From contig OZ246395.1 of assembly GCA_965230915.1 (NCBI GenBank), positions 728,935 to 792,934 of the forward strand: a stretch of 64,000 nucleotides of DNA, in the 5' to 3' direction. Below the pieces are notes generated by a model, which saw only the letters and a program-made list of their open reading frames with translations, was not told the DNA's origin and did not search any database. Below, piece by piece: positions 9,640 through 18,316 of the stretch. This DNA is from an uncultured Candidatus Saccharibacteria bacterium (lineage in GTDB: Bacteria > Patescibacteriota > WWE3 > 2-01-FULL-39-13). The position numbers and the translations under genes were made by a program. Position 1 is the stretch's first letter. Every line of letters begins with the position of its first letter.

Positions 9640-10080
9640 TTAGAAGACGCGAACACCCTGAACCGTCAAAATGTTAGTTGGCGAGCCATAGGCAGAAATT
9701 GTCAGCCAGCGATTTTCCGGAAGTACTGACAACAAAACCAGCCACGATGGCTCGGTCCAAAAAATCGAAAAGTTGCAACCAGGAATTTTTTCACCTGGCT
9801 TCCAAATTTCCGGAATCGCGGCTTCGGTCCATGCGCGATCTGTAGCCAGATCAACGCTAAAACCGATGGATCTGTCTGCTGGAAGCGGACACATTCGGTC
9901 TCTAAACCTCACGATGTACCCGTGGTATATACCACCCTCTTGAAAGGCCGAAATTTCGGGCTTTTTTGTAACCTCCCCGATCTTCCCCTTGGCGTCCCCC
10001 ATAATTCGGAGCACCCACTGTGGCACTGCCTCAAGACCTCTTATAGTTTGAGGAGCATAAACAACAGAAGAGCCGTACAT
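9640..10080 (-). CDS. hypothetical protein (orphan, elevated GC)
   Basis: 146-aa ORF. By eye roughly 50% GC, against roughly 40% in the flanks. It has its own terminator. No family recognised. Confidence 0.45.
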   Translation of the reverse strand: MYGSSVVYAPQTIRGLEAVPQWVLRIMGDAKGKIGEVTKKPEISAFQEGGIYHGYIVRFRDRMCPLPADRSIGFSVDLATDRAWTEAAIPEIWKPGEKIPGCNFSIFWTEPSWLVLLSVLPENRWLTISAYGSPTNILTVQGVRVF

Positions 10081-10225
10081 AAGGTTAATCCCTTCTATCT
10101 AAAAATCGATATTAAACGTGCTAAAAAAACGTTGTATCACGCATTATAGGGTATATGAAGCAATAAATTCAATGGGGCTAAAAAACTTGAAAAAAGCTAG
10201 TTATTAGAATACCGTGTGTTGCAAA

Positions 10226-10582
10226 CTACTTATCGTCCGGTAACAAAAGTGACAAAATTCCGCTAACAACAGACATTAAAATACTTAAACCGAGTGCCCA
10301 TAAAAAGTTATCGATGGTAAAACCGGGAACTATCAAGTCAACAAGCATAATCATTAAGGCGTTAATAACCAATGAAAAAAGGCCAAGAGTCATGATATTA
10401 ATTGGTAAAGTAAGAATCATTAAAACTGGCCTAATTATTGCGTTAATAAGTCCTAAGACAAAAGCAACTAGAAGTGCAGTTAAAAAAGTATCGATTTTAA
10501 CGCCATCTAATATTGATGTACAAAAGAAAACTACAATTGCGGTTCCGATAAGTCTTATTATAAATCCAAGCATGTTGTTCAC
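10226..10582 (-). CDS. 4-TM membrane protein, phage-holin-4-like (YvlD/PF04020-like)
   Basis: 118 aa, four hydrophobic helices. The sequence pattern (..LNA.IRPVL.ILTLP..I.TLGLF.L..N) resembles B. subtilis YvlD family proteins. Confidence 0.6.
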   Translation of the reverse strand: MNNMLGFIIRLIGTAIVVFFCTSILDGVKIDTFLTALLVAFVLGLINAIIRPVLMILTLPINIMTLGLFSLVINALMIMLVDLIVPGFTIDNFLWALGLSILMSVVSGILSLLLPDDK

Positions 10583-10660
10583 CTCCTAACAAATCACTAT
10601 AGATTTAATATGAACTATATCTGAAATTATTGCAAGATAAATTACTTTTCGAAGATTAAT

Positions 10661-11566
10661 TTATTTCGTAAAAAGTATAGAAAAATAACTTGTAGTCTGA
10701 ATTGTATTATTTTCTAAAATTTCTCCGGAGTTTGTATTAAACAAAAGCTCCTGTTTTTTTGCGTTAATTGATTCCATTAAGTGCAAAAGTAACCCAATAG
10801 AATCAGGGCTATCTACATAATCATTATTTAAATTGCTTAAACTATAATAATCGTAACTACTCATTATTTTTTGAGTAACTACATCATTTGCCTTCGCCTG
10901 ATCTGCATTTAAATAATGTGAAAAATCGACGGCAGCAATAACTACGGTATCTTCGTCAATATACTTTTGTAATTCTACAGTTAAATTCGAAATATCTTCT
11001 TGGGAAGTAAAACCGCTTAACACAACCGGGATAACCTGAGCCTCGGGCAAATAATATTTGATGTAGTGCAAAATTCCTCCAATTGAATGCTCACCTATTA
11101 CTACATCGTCATTTTCTATTAATGTGTTAGATTCAACTAACATAGAAATATCAGCATAATCAGATGCGAGTATTCCATGTTCTGTTTTCCAATTCGCCTT
11201 CGATGTTATTGGCCGAATACCTCCACGTTCATGATGATTTGGCCCAACTAAAATTATCTTTTTAGGATTTTGCGCAGATAATTTTTCAAAAAAGTCTGAA
11301 AGTATGTATCCGGGCAATAAGTGGTGCGGAATTATTCCGCCATAAATTTTGTTTCCACTGTATGAACTTTTCACCTTTTGGGCTTTTACAATTCCTTCCT
11401 GAAAATCTTTTGCGGAATAAAATCTTGCGTTTAAAACTTTGTCGCTTTGGCGTGCATTATTAACGCCTAATATTCTTAATTTGTCTAAATCTATCGGATA
11501 AATTGTGCCTAGTACAACGCCCAATATGGCAAACGCACAGATAATAAGGCTAAGTTTGAGGTTCAT
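10661..11566 (-). CDS. MEMO1-family protein (AmmeMemoRadiSam system protein B-like) with N-terminal signal anchor
   Basis: Motifs GGIIPHH, LVGPNHHERGG and AAVDFSHY (MEMO1/LigB-like fold). N-terminal hydrophobic segment LSLIICAFAILGVVLG. The start overlaps the upstream giant gene by 17 nt. Confidence 0.75.
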   Translation of the reverse strand: MNLKLSLIICAFAILGVVLGTIYPIDLDKLRILGVNNARQSDKVLNARFYSAKDFQEGIVKAQKVKSSYSGNKIYGGIIPHHLLPGYILSDFFEKLSAQNPKKIILVGPNHHERGGIRPITSKANWKTEHGILASDYADISMLVESNTLIENDDVVIGEHSIGGILHYIKYYLPEAQVIPVVLSGFTSQEDISNLTVELQKYIDEDTVVIAAVDFSHYLNADQAKANDVVTQKIMSSYDYYSLSNLNNDYVDSPDSIGLLLHLMESINAKKQELLFNTNSGEILENNTIQTTSYFSILFTK

Positions 11567-14500
11567 TTTTCTTACTTAAATCTCTTCTTGGTTTTCTGAT
11601 TACCTTTACTAAGAATACTATTATTGCGATTGTTGCAATTCCATACAATACTATTTGCCATTTTGGTGTACGTGCAACGGCAACTTTTCCGGATTCTATT
11701 AAATTAGCATCGTCTTCTATTAAGTATGGATATGCATATGTGGCGAAGTTTCGATAATCGTTACGCAAACTCTGATCGCCTAGTGCATTTGCATCAGCCA
11801 AATCTGTGCTTTCTTTTGTAATACTGATTTTTGCGGCATCTGATCTTCCGTGAATTTCAGGCGAATACATTAACGAAGCCGTAGCAGGAGGCACTTCATA
11901 TGTTCCCTCGGTTATCGCACGTGCCTTGTAATTTAGATAAGAATATCCGCTCCTATAGCTGTAGGTGTATCTGATGGCACCATTTTGCGTATATTCGTCA
12001 CCTGAATAATAGTCATAACTATCACCTGAGCTAAATTGTTCATTATTAAACGATTCATTTACAGGAACTAGTCCGGCAGGCAACTCATCTTGAATTACTC
12101 CATATCGGCTTTCTGACTCGTAATTATTCTTAACTTGAACATATACATCAACTAAATCACCAACAGCAATTGACTTACCTGCACCTTTTTCACTTACGTA
12201 CGCTCTCTTTACGTCTAAACCTGTCGACATAGCCTTTGTATTTGGATCTGTATGGAATTCCTTAACCATCATCGAAGTCAGCAATTCACCTGTGCCATCC
12301 TTGGTAATTTCTAAATTAGAACCACCAGCTTTTATAGAATAACTTGGAATTGTTATTTCTTTAGGTGCTTGCTCAAGACTTGTAAATCTTCCGGTTGATA
12401 ATATTGCCCCATCTAAAGAGACTGTATATGAATAATTTGTGTTAGCTAAATTTTGAACTTTTGCGTATTCAGAAATCGAAGCCATAACTTGAGCGGTTCC
12501 ATGTGTATTGCCCCAGAAATAATTTCCTTTTGCCTGATTTAAATATTTAATTGTTTCTTTTAGAAGTTCTTTTTCTGATCCATTAGCAATTATTGCCCGT
12601 ACAGCTAACGCAGTTGCACTTTGATTAGTACTGAATGTTTCAGAATTATTACTTTCCCAATGGGCTAAACCAGATTGTCTTTTAGCCGAAGAGACTAATT
12701 TTGTTAAGCCTGACTGGTTCGAATCTTTAATACCACGGTTTGAATTTATTATGACAGCCAAAGCGTTTGCCTCGATTGATAACCCTTCAAAATCATTTAT
12801 AGTTTCAGTGTTCTTTCCTAATACTTCGAGGCCATATATTGAATAAACTTTTGCAGATTTATTTTCAGAATTTAATTTTGATTTAAAATAATTTTCTGCG
12901 TTATCTAGTGTTGTTTGGTTTACTTCGTATCCAAGCTGTTTGGCCTTCATAAGATTTTCTACAATATAAGCAGATAAATACTCATTTGAATCTCCGACAA
13001 AAACCCAGGTCCAACCGCCATCACCTTGTTGATGGTCTTCGATGCGTTTAACTCCGTCTTTTAGAATCTCGTCCATGTTTTTATCGACCATTGCAGATGC
13101 AAACACTTTAGGATTGCTTCTTGCAACAATAGCAGGAACAAAACGGCTTGTGGTTTGTTCCATACATCCGTATGGATAATCAACCAAATAATCCATTGCC
13201 GGTCTTAGTGACCCTAATATATCCGCAGAAACACTTAATTTAGTGCTGCTTAAATCGTTAACTGCATCAGATGAATATTTTGCTTGATATGAAGCATTAT
13301 CCTGTTTGCTTTCGACGCGCTCTTCGTAAAATCCGAATTTCTTAATTGGAATAACTTGAGCTATGGTGTCAGAATTTTCTTCTGCTGATTTAGAAACAGC
13401 CGAATAAGTAAATTTAGCTTTATCATCTACTTTAATTGGCTCAACATTCCACGAAACTGTTGCTGATTTATTTGGCTCGATTCTTACTTCTTGAGTTGCA
13501 GAAGGTAATATATTTGCAGCCTCTGATCTTAGGGTCACATTAAAAGTATCAGCATTCTTGGTATAGTTTTGAACTAAAGCAGTCAAAATCGTTGTATCGC
13601 GTTCTCTTATGATATTGGGAATTGTAGGTCGAACAATCACATTTTTGCCTACAACAATTTCTTCTTTGGCAATTCCAACTTGAGTAGTTGTATTTGCTGC
13701 GATTCCAGCGATTACCCAGGTTGTTAAATTATCTGGAAGTTTAAATGATACGCTGGCTTTTCCTTCAAGGTCAGTTCTAAGTGATGGATTCCAGTATGCA
13801 GTATCTTTAAACACAGTTCTTGTGTCACCTTTTTGGTTGTGTACCCAAACTCCGCCGGCAAAATATGTGTGATATTTTTCAACTTCTAAATTGTATACAT
13901 CAACTGATCTATTTATTATCTCGATTGAATTTACATGTACGTATTTACCTTCGTCACTAAGTAATAAGTCTCCTTTTTGTACAGTTCCGGCTTCTTGCCA
14001 AGTATTGTTAATCCACATCACATGATTAGGAGTAACCTTTATGCTTCCGTTTAAAATCATGTAGCCGTTTACTGACTTTTTGAAAGTCTCTGTTACGGTT
14101 GCTTCAACTAATTTTGTGTCATCTTCGCCGGCTTTAGTTAGAACTTTATCTCCGACTTTTATGTCTTCGATCGAAACCAATCCATTCTTGGTTAATACTT
14201 TAGTGTCGCCTACAAAACATCCACCGCCGCTTTCTGCACCTGAAGAACTTATACCTTGTAATGAATTTGTAGAATTTGTGTCGTTGTATCTTTCTGACCA
14301 AAACCTATCCAGAATATCGTAGTTATTTTGATCAACCAGTTCAAAGATCGCTTTATCTACTGTCCATAAAGCCATGTCGGTTGAGACAGGTTTATTGGTG
14401 CTGTCAGTTGTAGTAACGTCGACTGTAATATCTTCACCCGGGCCATATCGCGACCCACCGCGTGGAGTAATCTGTACATTTATTTTCTTGTTTTCGGTTG

Positions 14501-16910
14501 AAATTACAATGTTTTCGGAACTGCTTATTATAGATTTTCCATCAAAAGATGTAGCCACAACAAAAACGTTTGGCGAATCAGTGTTAACAAGGGGAACGTC
14601 TATGTTTGCAGTTCCATTTTCAATTCTAGTTGTAAAGTATCTTTGTGTTCGTCCTCTTTCTAAAGTTATTAATGCATCACGGTTGGACTTATCTTCAGTT
14701 GTAATTAACACTTTTGCTGTATCTTCAGGGTTATAGAGTTTTTTATCTACGCTAACGCGCATATTTGATTGGCCATAGTCGCCAAACCCGTAATATGAGG
14801 AATATTCTTTTTCAGCAATATAGAAACTAAAATTACGACTTATTTTATTTCCTATAGAATCTGAATATTTAATGGTTATCGTATAACTTCCAGTTTCTGA
14901 TGGTGTAAATTTATAAGTTAAATTTCCTTCTCCATCTGTTTTTATATTTTTCGTATCAATTTCACCTCTAACTTCCTTATATGATGGATATTTTTGATTT
15001 TCTTCATAAACGGCTTCGTATCTCATCCATGTACCGGAAATTTCTACATTTATATTTGAAACTTTGCTGTTGTTTCGGTATGCAACAATTTGCATTGGAA
15101 TTTCAAATTGCTTATTAACAACTCCTCCATATGGAGCATCTTCTTGTAGATAAACATTCGATTCGCCTTTGTAAAAGAGGATGTTTTTCCTGGCAAAACT
15201 TGGGTTTCCGGAACCATTATCGTATTCAGCTTCGATAGTTAAAATCTGGTTTGATTTATACGTATCACCCAAATTTATATCTTCATCAAAAATTGCTTCG
15301 CCATTATCATTAAACTCTAGCTCTCCGTGTTTAAATTCGCTTCCGTACCAATATCCGTATCGATAATCGTCGCTAAGACCTTCGTTTTGGTAGTCTCGAT
15401 AGTAATAATAATCGTAATAATCAGCAGAATAGATTCTATAGCTTACCTTTCCTTCGGTAATTGGTTGACCAGAGAAATAATTTCCTAAAGCTTTAAAATA
15501 TAATCTGTCTCCGGACACATAATCTTTGTCCTCAACAGAAAGATCTATGTTGTATTCGGGTTTTCTATAATATTCGACCTGAAAGTATTCGCTTGCCGGA
15601 TAATAATAGTCATCTGGATCATGCTGAACTATTGGGTATTCGATGCTAACACTGTAATCACCGGTTTTTGCGTTTTCTGGTAATTTATAAGATCCATAAA
15701 TTGTTCCCTCTGGGGTTATATTCATTCGTGCGCTATATACAACCGATGTATCTTCCCAACCATCTTTGATTTGTACTAAAGCTTCACCGCTTGGGATAGT
15801 GTATCTGGCGTCGTCATCAGACCTTATGATCGCTTTAAAATTTACTGTGTTTCCCGGCATATAAAGCGGGCGATCAGTAAAAATGAAGAATCTTGTGTTT
15901 ATTTCTTTTTCTCTAAAGTAATCATAGTTATAGCCGTAGTCTACGTATTGTAAATTTAGAGGAATAACTGCCACTTCATTTCCGCGGTATACAACAGCTA
16001 AATCACCTCTACTTAGTATTGGAGTTGTTGCAATTCCTTCTGAATTAAACCTTCCATTTGCGACTTCAGTTACTTTGTCAGCCAAATTAAAAACTTTTAT
16101 GTTGCCGTCGTCGATGCTTTCGTTAACTTTTAAATTTTGTCCCCAATAGACAATTTCATTGTTGCCTTCTTTAGAAACAACTGCGTAAGTCGACCTTACA
16201 ATAAAGGCACCATCATTAGTTTTATTAGCCGTATCAGATGCGGTAGCTCTTACAAAATAAATTCCAGATTCATCTAGCGGAAGTACCACTTTAGTATCTG
16301 ATGAATTTTTATCTGCAATATTAACTTCTAATTCTTTTACTAATTGTGAATTGCTTTCATTAAAAGGATTTTTTGTTTTATAGTCTTCTGTTTCATACAC
16401 AAGGGAATTTAAAACGTCAGATTCGGATGCGCGATACAGTTTAACCGTAACTTTACCTGTAAATGCACGGTTTGACAGATAAATAGCCGGTTCTTCAAGA
16501 GAAGTAAGCGAAATTAATTGAGAAGGAGAATAATCGCTTCCGTTTTCTAAAATAATAAGTTCAGGATCTTGTTGGTAATAGTAATCTCCAAAATTATTCT
16601 GCTGGCTGGTGTTCTGATTACTTTGAGTGGTTTGAGTATTATTTACTGCAGGTATAGCATTTTGCCTTTGAATATCCTGATAAATTGCAGCCAAAACATA
16701 CACTGTTGAAAATATTAGAGACGAAAGAACAATAAAAACCACTCTACGAAATCTTTTTGACTCTTTGAATCTTTTAAATGGATTTTTACTTTTTTTGACT
16801 TCTTGAGGTTGGTTGTTTTTGTTTTTTTTGATCGGTTCAGCGGTCATGTTTGCGTGATCACCATTTTCTTCTGAAATAGCTTGATTTAAATCGGGTTGAG
16901 ACTTAGCCAT
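11550..16910 (-). CDS. alpha-2-macroglobulin family thioester-containing giant surface protein with an embedded Hint/BIL domain. It has both an N-terminal signal anchor and a C-terminal TM anchor.
   Basis: 1786 aa. Thioester motif YGCMEQ (CxEQ) at aa 1249-1252. Conserved pre-bait segment MALWTVDKAIFEL and post-bait segment TRTVFKDTAYWNPSL...LPDNLTTW. TED-like HQQGDGGW. N-terminal TM (RRVVFIVLSSLIFSTVYVLAAIY), C-terminal TM (IVLYGIATIAIIVFLV) plus a basic tail. Tyr-rich low-complexity runs. AGAGG RBS 6 nt upstream of the ATG. Confidence 0.85.
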   Translation of the reverse strand: MAKSQPDLNQAISEENGDHANMTAEPIKKNKNNQPQEVKKSKNPFKRFKESKRFRRVVFIVLSSLIFSTVYVLAAIYQDIQRQNAIPAVNNTQTTQSNQNTSQQNNFGDYYYQQDPELIILENGSDYSPSQLISLTSLEEPAIYLSNRAFTGKVTVKLYRASESDVLNSLVYETEDYKTKNPFNESNSQLVKELEVNIADKNSSDTKVVLPLDESGIYFVRATASDTANKTNDGAFIVRSTYAVVSKEGNNEIVYWGQNLKVNESIDDGNIKVFNLADKVTEVANGRFNSEGIATTPILSRGDLAVVYRGNEVAVIPLNLQYVDYGYNYDYFREKEINTRFFIFTDRPLYMPGNTVNFKAIIRSDDDARYTIPSGEALVQIKDGWEDTSVVYSARMNITPEGTIYGSYKLPENAKTGDYSVSIEYPIVQHDPDDYYYPASEYFQVEYYRKPEYNIDLSVEDKDYVSGDRLYFKALGNYFSGQPITEGKVSYRIYSADYYDYYYYRDYQNEGLSDDYRYGYWYGSEFKHGELEFNDNGEAIFDEDINLGDTYKSNQILTIEAEYDNGSGNPSFARKNILFYKGESNVYLQEDAPYGGVVNKQFEIPMQIVAYRNNSKVSNINVEISGTWMRYEAVYEENQKYPSYKEVRGEIDTKNIKTDGEGNLTYKFTPSETGSYTITIKYSDSIGNKISRNFSFYIAEKEYSSYYGFGDYGQSNMRVSVDKKLYNPEDTAKVLITTEDKSNRDALITLERGRTQRYFTTRIENGTANIDVPLVNTDSPNVFVVATSFDGKSIISSSENIVISTENKKINVQITPRGGSRYGPGEDITVDVTTTDSTNKPVSTDMALWTVDKAIFELVDQNNYDILDRFWSERYNDTNSTNSLQGISSSGAESGGGCFVGDTKVLTKNGLVSIEDIKVGDKVLTKAGEDDTKLVEATVTETFKKSVNGYMILNGSIKVTPNHVMWINNTWQEAGTVQKGDLLLSDEGKYVHVNSIEIINRSVDVYNLEVEKYHTYFAGGVWVHNQKGDTRTVFKDTAYWNPSLRTDLEGKASVSFKLPDNLTTWVIAGIAANTTTQVGIAKEEIVVGKNVIVRPTIPNIIRERDTTILTALVQNYTKNADTFNVTLRSEAANILPSATQEVRIEPNKSATVSWNVEPIKVDDKAKFTYSAVSKSAEENSDTIAQVIPIKKFGFYEERVESKQDNASYQAKYSSDAVNDLSSTKLSVSADILGSLRPAMDYLVDYPYGCMEQTTSRFVPAIVARSNPKVFASAMVDKNMDEILKDGVKRIEDHQQGDGGWTWVFVGDSNEYLSAYIVENLMKAKQLGYEVNQTTLDNAENYFKSKLNSENKSAKVYSIYGLEVLGKNTETINDFEGLSIEANALAVIINSNRGIKDSNQSGLTKLVSSAKRQSGLAHWESNNSETFSTNQSATALAVRAIIANGSEKELLKETIKYLNQAKGNYFWGNTHGTAQVMASISEYAKVQNLANTNYSYTVSLDGAILSTGRFTSLEQAPKEITIPSYSIKAGGSNLEITKDGTGELLTSMMVKEFHTDPNTKAMSTGLDVKRAYVSEKGAGKSIAVGDLVDVYVQVKNNYESESRYGVIQDELPAGLVPVNESFNNEQFSSGDSYDYYSGDEYTQNGAIRYTYSYRSGYSYLNYKARAITEGTYEVPPATASLMYSPEIHGRSDAAKISITKESTDLADANALGDQSLRNDYRNFATYAYPYLIEDDANLIESGKVAVARTPKWQIVLYGIATIAIIVFLVKVIRKPRRDLSKKNEPQT
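13155..13166 (-). other. thioester site CMEQ (CxEQ) of the alpha-2-macroglobulin homolog
   Basis: tgt atg gaa caa on the minus strand, in the context DYPYGCMEQTTSRF. Confidence 0.8.
13836..14219 (-). other. Hint (intein-like / BIL-type) domain, aa 898-1025 of the alpha-2-macroglobulin homolog
   Basis: Block A CFVGDTKVL (Cys1), block B KVTPNHVMW, block F VYNLEVEKYHTYFA, block G GGVWVHN. Codons cac-aac-caa show that the +1 residue is Gln, not Cys/Ser/Thr. Confidence 0.8.
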
Positions 16911-17006
16911 TTGACCTCTTGTCTATATTATTTCTGAAAAGCTTCTGAATGTATAGTGCCTATTCAGTTAGCATTACCCTAACCAATTCCCTATAATGAA
17001 TTTAAT

Positions 17007-17462
17007 TTAGCGTTCACACATTTCTTTTAGCTTTTGTAAGCTATTAGCCCAGCTAGTTTCAAATTCAGATTTCATTTCCGCATTAACATCCACCTCGACT
17101 GTAAGTTCTGTTACTCCATCTTCTTCTTTAAAAGTGTAATTCTCAAAAGCTGGAGTCCATTGTTTGGCTAAATCACTTGTCGTATCTTCAACTCCGTTGC
17201 CATAAATTGCGATATGTTCTAAAGATACAAATTCGTGAGGTCGGTTTTCTCTAACCATCGCTACCATTCCGCCTTCGCCGGGTGTACCATCGGGATTCGG
17301 ACCAAGAAACAAAATCTTTGAACCTTTGTCCCAGCTGCCTTTAAAATAGGAACCTGGGTTAAAAGTTGCAGTCCATTCCTTATAAGATTCTGCGTTTAAC
17401 ATTGTGTCCCACACTTTTTCGACCGGAGCATTAATTTTTATTGATGAACGTATTTTTTCCAT
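17007..17462 (-). CDS. SRPBCC superfamily protein (AHSA1/START-like)
   Basis: 151 aa. N-terminal I.INAPVEKVWD...W pattern typical of SRPBCC/Aha1-like proteins. Confidence 0.7.
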   Translation of the reverse strand: MEKIRSSIKINAPVEKVWDTMLNAESYKEWTATFNPGSYFKGSWDKGSKILFLGPNPDGTPGEGGMVAMVRENRPHEFVSLEHIAIYGNGVEDTTSDLAKQWTPAFENYTFKEEDGVTELTVEVDVNAEMKSEFETSWANSLQKLKEMCER

Positions 17463-17468
17463 ATTTAA

Positions 17469-18296
17469 TTATTCTGGATACCAATTAAGTAAAACTACTT
17501 CTATATTTTCGCTTCCAAAATCAACCAATTCTTTAAATTTATTAACATCTGCTAGTCCTTCTTGCTGGCGATAATGATATGGATAAACAACCTGTGGCTT
17601 AAAAGCCAATACCGCACTTGCTGCGTCTTCGACCGACATTGTATAAGGAAGATTCATCGGCACAAAAGCCATATTTATATTTTTTAGAGATTTCATTTCG
17701 TCGGTCGGACCGGTGTCGCCCGCAACATAAACACGATAATTATCTTTTTCGATAATGTAGCCATTTCCACGACCTTTTATATGCGAAGCATCGGCGGCTT
17801 CAGGAACGTTATACATTGGAACACCCGTTATATTAAACCCTTCAAAATTCTTAGTTTCTCCATTTGCTAAAACTTCGGTTGCATCTTTTAAATTTTGAGG
17901 CATCATGTCATAAACAGCTTGTGGAGCAACAATTTTGGCGTCGCTCAAAATATTTGTGAGCGTTTCCGGGCTGTAGTGATCACCGTGTATATCGGTTAAC
18001 AAAATAAGGTCGGGAGATGTTTGACCTTCAAAAGCTTCGGCACCACTCGTTGGGTCGGTATAAATCACTTTATCTTGCCATTTTAAAAGAACTGTTGCAT
18101 GCATAATTGGAGTCACCGTAACCGGAGATTCGGTTGGCATTGAAGTATTTGGTGTGTCTGATGAACCGCCAGGGTTGTAAGTTGAAGTTTGGCTGTATCT
18201 ATTTGATACCAATGAAGGATCTTTGGTCGCAGAGTATATGTAATATATGACTGCGACTACGAATACGATAAGGAGTGTCCATGCGAATCGGCTCAT
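17469..18296 (-). CDS. MBL-fold metallo-hydrolase with N-terminal TM anchor
   Basis: LLTDIHGDHYSP (D/HxHxDH variant) and downstream VAGDTGP. N-terminal TM LLIVFVVAVIYYIY. Confidence 0.75.
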   Translation of the reverse strand: MSRFAWTLLIVFVVAVIYYIYSATKDPSLVSNRYSQTSTYNPGGSSDTPNTSMPTESPVTVTPIMHATVLLKWQDKVIYTDPTSGAEAFEGQTSPDLILLTDIHGDHYSPETLTNILSDAKIVAPQAVYDMMPQNLKDATEVLANGETKNFEGFNITGVPMYNVPEAADASHIKGRGNGYIIEKDNYRVYVAGDTGPTDEMKSLKNINMAFVPMNLPYTMSVEDAASAVLAFKPQVVYPYHYRQQEGLADVNKFKELVDFGSENIEVVLLNWYPE

Positions 18297-18316
18297 AAAA
18301 GCATGATAGCATAAGA

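Noticed and set aside
10226-10582. Prophage inferred from the holin-like gene
   Set aside because: - No integrase, terminase, capsid, tail or endolysin genes in the window.
- YvlD-like proteins are common chromosomal membrane proteins.
13836-14219. Interpreting the Hint domain as a conventional self-splicing mini-intein
   Set aside because: - The residue after the terminal Asn is Gln (caa), not Cys/Ser/Thr, so trans-esterification and ligation cannot occur.
- The exteins join exactly at the A2M bait region rather than in a conserved catalytic motif, as is typical for true inteins.
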